A stretch of 64,000 nt of DNA from Clostridia bacterium. Lineage in GTDB: Bacteria; Bacillota; Clostridia; TANB77; CAG-508. A model generated the notes under the pieces. The model was not told where the DNA came from, did not search any database, and saw only the letters and a program-made list of their open reading frames with translations. The translations under genes were made by a program, and so were the position numbers. Each line of letters starts with the position of its first letter. The first letter of the stretch is position 1. The stretch spans positions 32,001-96,000 of the forward strand of contig JAZUKI010000003.1 in the NCBI GenBank assembly GCA_045643205.1, in the 5' to 3' direction. This document shows positions 60,907-64,000 of this stretch, piece by piece.

Positions 60907-61803
60907 TTATTTTGTTACTAATTTGTTTATCATAGGAATATTTCCTGAGATTTCAGAACTGATACCTCCAAAGATTTCTCGAACGTAACTATTAATTTTT
61001 GACAATACATATATTCCACCTACAAATAAAACTTTATTAGAAGGATCAATATTAAAAATAACTATAATTACTAATGGTACAAAAATTTGAACAATAAGTA
61101 ATGAAAAAAACGATTTACTCCAAGCTTGAAAAATCCATGAGGTAGAGTAAGTCATCAAACTTAAAACAGCAAAAGGAGTAAATAAAATAAGTACCTGTAA
61201 CAAAATAAAACGCAGTGAATAATTTAAGGATAAACCTATCAAACCCACTGAAATAAAGCTTTTTAAGATACCATCAAAAGAAAGAAAATTTATGCTTGAA
61301 ACATCATTTCCAATAAATTTATTTGTGTTAATTAAAAGTTGAGAAAACGTTATATCTAATCCAGTTGATTTTTTTCCAAGTTCTTGAATAGCAGAAGAAA
61401 TAAAATAATTGATATTAATTATTTGTTCTAATATAAGGTAACAACCATTAACAGCAAAAGCAAAAATCAATAATTTAAAGAAAAATTGATGAGGTTGTTC
61501 TATATTTACATCAACAAAATTAGAATAAAAATATCTAACTATATAGTATATAAGAATGCCTACAAGCATTGCATTTGCTAAATAAACAAGGCCTGTTAAA
61601 GTATTAGCACCAAGTAAATTTTTAAAGATTGAACTATTAAGAATATCTGTTTTTATAAAAACTAAATTATCTAAATTATTATAAAGATTGTTGTCAATCG
61701 AAGAAAACATATTGCTAAAAATTTGGTTAATTGTTTGAATTATTATTTCAGATAATTGAGCTTGATTAAGACCTTGAGTCAAAATAGATAACGATGAATC
61801 CAA
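60907..61803 (-). CDS. VirB6/TrbL-like polytopic membrane protein
   Basis: About 7 TM helices, R-x-I-L-L...TPFA...FQAW pattern; operon context. Confidence 0.68.
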   Translation of the reverse strand: MDSSLSILTQGLNQAQLSEIIIQTINQIFSNMFSSIDNNLYNNLDNLVFIKTDILNSSIFKNLLGANTLTGLVYLANAMLVGILIYYIVRYFYSNFVDVNIEQPHQFFFKLLIFAFAVNGCYLILEQIININYFISSAIQELGKKSTGLDITFSQLLINTNKFIGNDVSSINFLSFDGILKSFISVGLIGLSLNYSLRFILLQVLILFTPFAVLSLMTYSTSWIFQAWSKSFFSLLIVQIFVPLVIIVIFNIDPSNKVLFVGGIYVLSKINSYVREIFGGISSEISGNIPMINKLVTK

Positions 61804-61812
61804 TAAATCCTC

Positions 61813-62145
61813 CTATACAAGTAGTGATTCAACAGCAGATAATATTAGATCTAAAAGTATTATTAATCCATAGGAAATAAAAGTACTTCTAATAATTTTT
61901 TTGGAAGTTCTCATCTTTTCTTCATCTCCAAAACTAAATTTTTTCATAAATAATCCTATAGTAATAGATAACGCAGCAGCCGGTGTTGAAATAGAGAAAA
62001 GCCAGAGTTTTACTGTTTTAAAAGCAGAACCTACTTTAACAACAACATCTGTATTAGCAGCATAAGATATTTTTGAACATAAGAAAAACAATAATAAAGT
62101 CAGTATAAATATTTTGATAAAAAGTATAAATTTATGTTTTTTCAT
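61813..62145 (-). CDS. VirB2/TrbC-like pilin candidate
   Basis: Signal peptide ending SYA-A, then two hydrophobic helices separated by charged loop GDEEKMRTSKK; overlaps the upstream stop. Confidence 0.62.
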   Translation of the reverse strand: MKKHKFILFIKIFILTLLLFFLCSKISYAANTDVVVKVGSAFKTVKLWLFSISTPAAALSITIGLFMKKFSFGDEEKMRTSKKIIRSTFISYGLIILLDLILSAVESLLV

Positions 62146-63823
62146 TTTTAAAATCCTCCTTGAAATATGGAATCATGTGTAATTGTTGAGGTTTTAATAT
62201 TTCATCACCAGTAGAAAGAAAACCAAGACATTGAAAGGCTTTTAAAGACTGAGTAAAAAAGTTAGAATCAAACACATAATCATTTTGATAGAAAGTATTA
62301 ACACTTTCAGAAATGTTTCCTTGAGAAGAAATAAAGTTTTTATGAATTACATCATATTTGCTTTCACGCGAACTCTCTGAATAAGTTTTTGAAACTTTCT
62401 TTTTTTCTTCTTTGCCTATTTGTTTCTGCAAATCTTCAATTGTAAAAACATCATCAGTTCTAAAACACAACTTATTAACTAAGTTTTGAATAATTACTTT
62501 GGTAGATGATTGATCTTTTATAGTGTTTAAAATTGAGGTATAGCTTTGTGTAGAAACAATATTAATACATTTAGACTCTCTTGATTGTGAGTAAAAATCA
62601 GCATCGGAAGAGGTAACATATTCTTGATATTCATCTGAAATAAACACACTTGGACGAATAAAATTATTTGTTTTTTTACTTAATTGTTTAAGTACATCAG
62701 TTTGAAAATCTAGTTTTAAATAAGCAGCTATGATTTTTGCTAAGTTTTTATATTCAGCAACATTCATATTTAAAACAACAATTTTTCCTTTATCTAAAAC
62801 ATCATCAAAACCATAAAAATTTTCTTCTTCCTTTGATGGACAGAACGTTTGCTTAACAGTGTAATTAGAAACAAAACAATTTGTAATTCTCGTAATTTCA
62901 GACTTCAGCAAATTATAAGTTCTATCATCAAGCGAAAAATAATCAGAATCTAGAAATTCAAAACTATGATATATTGAATAACATTGACTAGAATCATAAA
63001 TGCCATTGTTAAAGTGAGTTCTAATTAATTCTTTTAAAATTGCATAATAATCTTTATCACAAACAAGCTTATTTATTTCGTAAAAAGTAAAGTAACCATC
63101 ATAGGCAGATCTTAATAAAACAATACAACTTTCTAAAACTTGCTCAACTTTATCAAGCCAATAAGATTCAGTGTTATTTGGAGAAAATAAAAGCATTATT
63201 GTTTTTAATCTATTTGCTAAAACTGAGGCTTTTAAGTCGGGCTTATCTAAAGGATTGTATTTAAATTTTCCACCATATTCAATTACAATAACATCATCCA
63301 ATCGATTAAATGTTTCTGCGAAACTTAGAACTTTAGAATAATAATTACCTTTTACATCAAGAATTAAAAAACTAAGTTTTTCCTTAGAAACATCACTTTT
63401 ATATTGCATTAATTGTTTTGTAAAAGGATACATTGCAGAAGATGTTTTTCCAGAGCCAATGGAACCAATTACTAAAATATTTTGATACATGCTTTTTTCA
63501 GGAATATAAATATTATTATTGTTTAAATCTTTGCCTATAAGTAATCCAAATTCAGGGGCTGTTGAAATACAAGTGTTGTTTTGCGTTTTAAAAATTTTCT
63601 TAATAATGAAGTGTGAGATAAAAAAGTTGGATAGAAAAAGGCTAGAAACAAACAATATTTTTATTATATTCCATAGTTGATTGTTTGCAACACAGAATTT
63701 AATAAACTTAATGTCTGGCAATTGAAAAGAATTGTTTATCAATATATCTTTGAAAAACAACAATAAGAAAAACGAAACAATTAGTGAACAAAATATAGAG
63801 AAAATAAATATAAAAAATTTCAA
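62132..63823 (-). CDS. Second coupling-protein-like ATPase (TraD/TrwB/VirD4 superfamily)
   Basis: Two N-terminal TM helices, NILVIGSIGSGKT, LDVKG, KYNPL, ESYW, ISDEYQ, SQSRE, STQS. Confidence 0.85.
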   Translation of the reverse strand: MKFFIFIFSIFCSLIVSFFLLLFFKDILINNSFQLPDIKFIKFCVANNQLWNIIKILFVSSLFLSNFFISHFIIKKIFKTQNNTCISTAPEFGLLIGKDLNNNNIYIPEKSMYQNILVIGSIGSGKTSSAMYPFTKQLMQYKSDVSKEKLSFLILDVKGNYYSKVLSFAETFNRLDDVIVIEYGGKFKYNPLDKPDLKASVLANRLKTIMLLFSPNNTESYWLDKVEQVLESCIVLLRSAYDGYFTFYEINKLVCDKDYYAILKELIRTHFNNGIYDSSQCYSIYHSFEFLDSDYFSLDDRTYNLLKSEITRITNCFVSNYTVKQTFCPSKEEENFYGFDDVLDKGKIVVLNMNVAEYKNLAKIIAAYLKLDFQTDVLKQLSKKTNNFIRPSVFISDEYQEYVTSSDADFYSQSRESKCINIVSTQSYTSILNTIKDQSSTKVIIQNLVNKLCFRTDDVFTIEDLQKQIGKEEKKKVSKTYSESSRESKYDVIHKNFISSQGNISESVNTFYQNDYVFDSNFFTQSLKAFQCLGFLSTGDEILKPQQLHMIPYFKEDFKNEKT

Positions 63824-63906
63824 TTATGAACCTTCTTTGTTGAGATTTAAATTTAATAAAAATTATGAATCTTCTTTGCTGAGTTTTAGTTTTAATTTTG
63901 AACCTT
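63822..63906. repeat. Degenerate tandem repeat across the leader/RBS of the 62132-63823 gene
   Basis: aattatgaaccttctttgttgag (63822), aattatgaatcttctttgctgag (63861), aattttgaacctt (63894). Confidence 0.75.
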
Positions 63907-64000
63907 GAAGATTGTGACATAGTTTAGTTTGAATTAAATAATAAAGAGAAAATAAACAAATAAGTAGATTTAAGATTAAAACTATAAAAAATAAAATGAT

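Noticed and set aside
52534-63823. A single intact ICE or prophage spanning the T4SS-like genes
   Set aside because: The interval contains gyrA and dnaD/dnaC-like core genes, and no integrase, relaxase or att repeats are visible; sequence beyond 64000 is unseen.
63708-63920. 70-aa minus-strand ORF
   Set aside because: It is a translation of the leader repeat that overlaps the ATPase start out of frame, with no RBS.

Overview
This is the replication-origin region of a very AT-rich Firmicute, with Clostridia-type gene order; a reduced, uncultured gut Clostridia lineage is my inference. The core is parB-parA-rsmG-mnmG-mnmE-jag-yidC-yidD-rnpA-rpmH <> dnaA-oriC-dnaN-recF-gyrB...gyrA. It is flanked by housekeeping genes (pcrA, prfA, ddl/murF, recR-ybaB-dnaX-ffs, tadA, ttcA, pgm, murA, rlmH, rsmI, dnaD/dnaC-like) and four tRNAs. 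The standout feature is a minimal type IV secretion/conjugation-like gene set (two VirD4/TraG-TraD-type ATPases, VirB4 plus a partner, and VirB2-, VirB3/PrgI- and VirB6-like genes). It is split over three loci among core genes, one lying between gyrB and gyrA. No relaxase, integrase or att boundary is visible, which suggests a domesticated chromosomal machine rather than an ICE. Other points: VirB4 appears to start at a non-canonical ATA, there is a ~320-nt structured ncRNA candidate next to rlmH, prfA and rsmI have hairpin-bridged Shine-Dalgarno sites, two tRNA-modification genes look leaderless, and DnaA boxes sit in the dnaA start codon and in the post-dnaN hairpin. All calls come from manual motif reading with no database searches.
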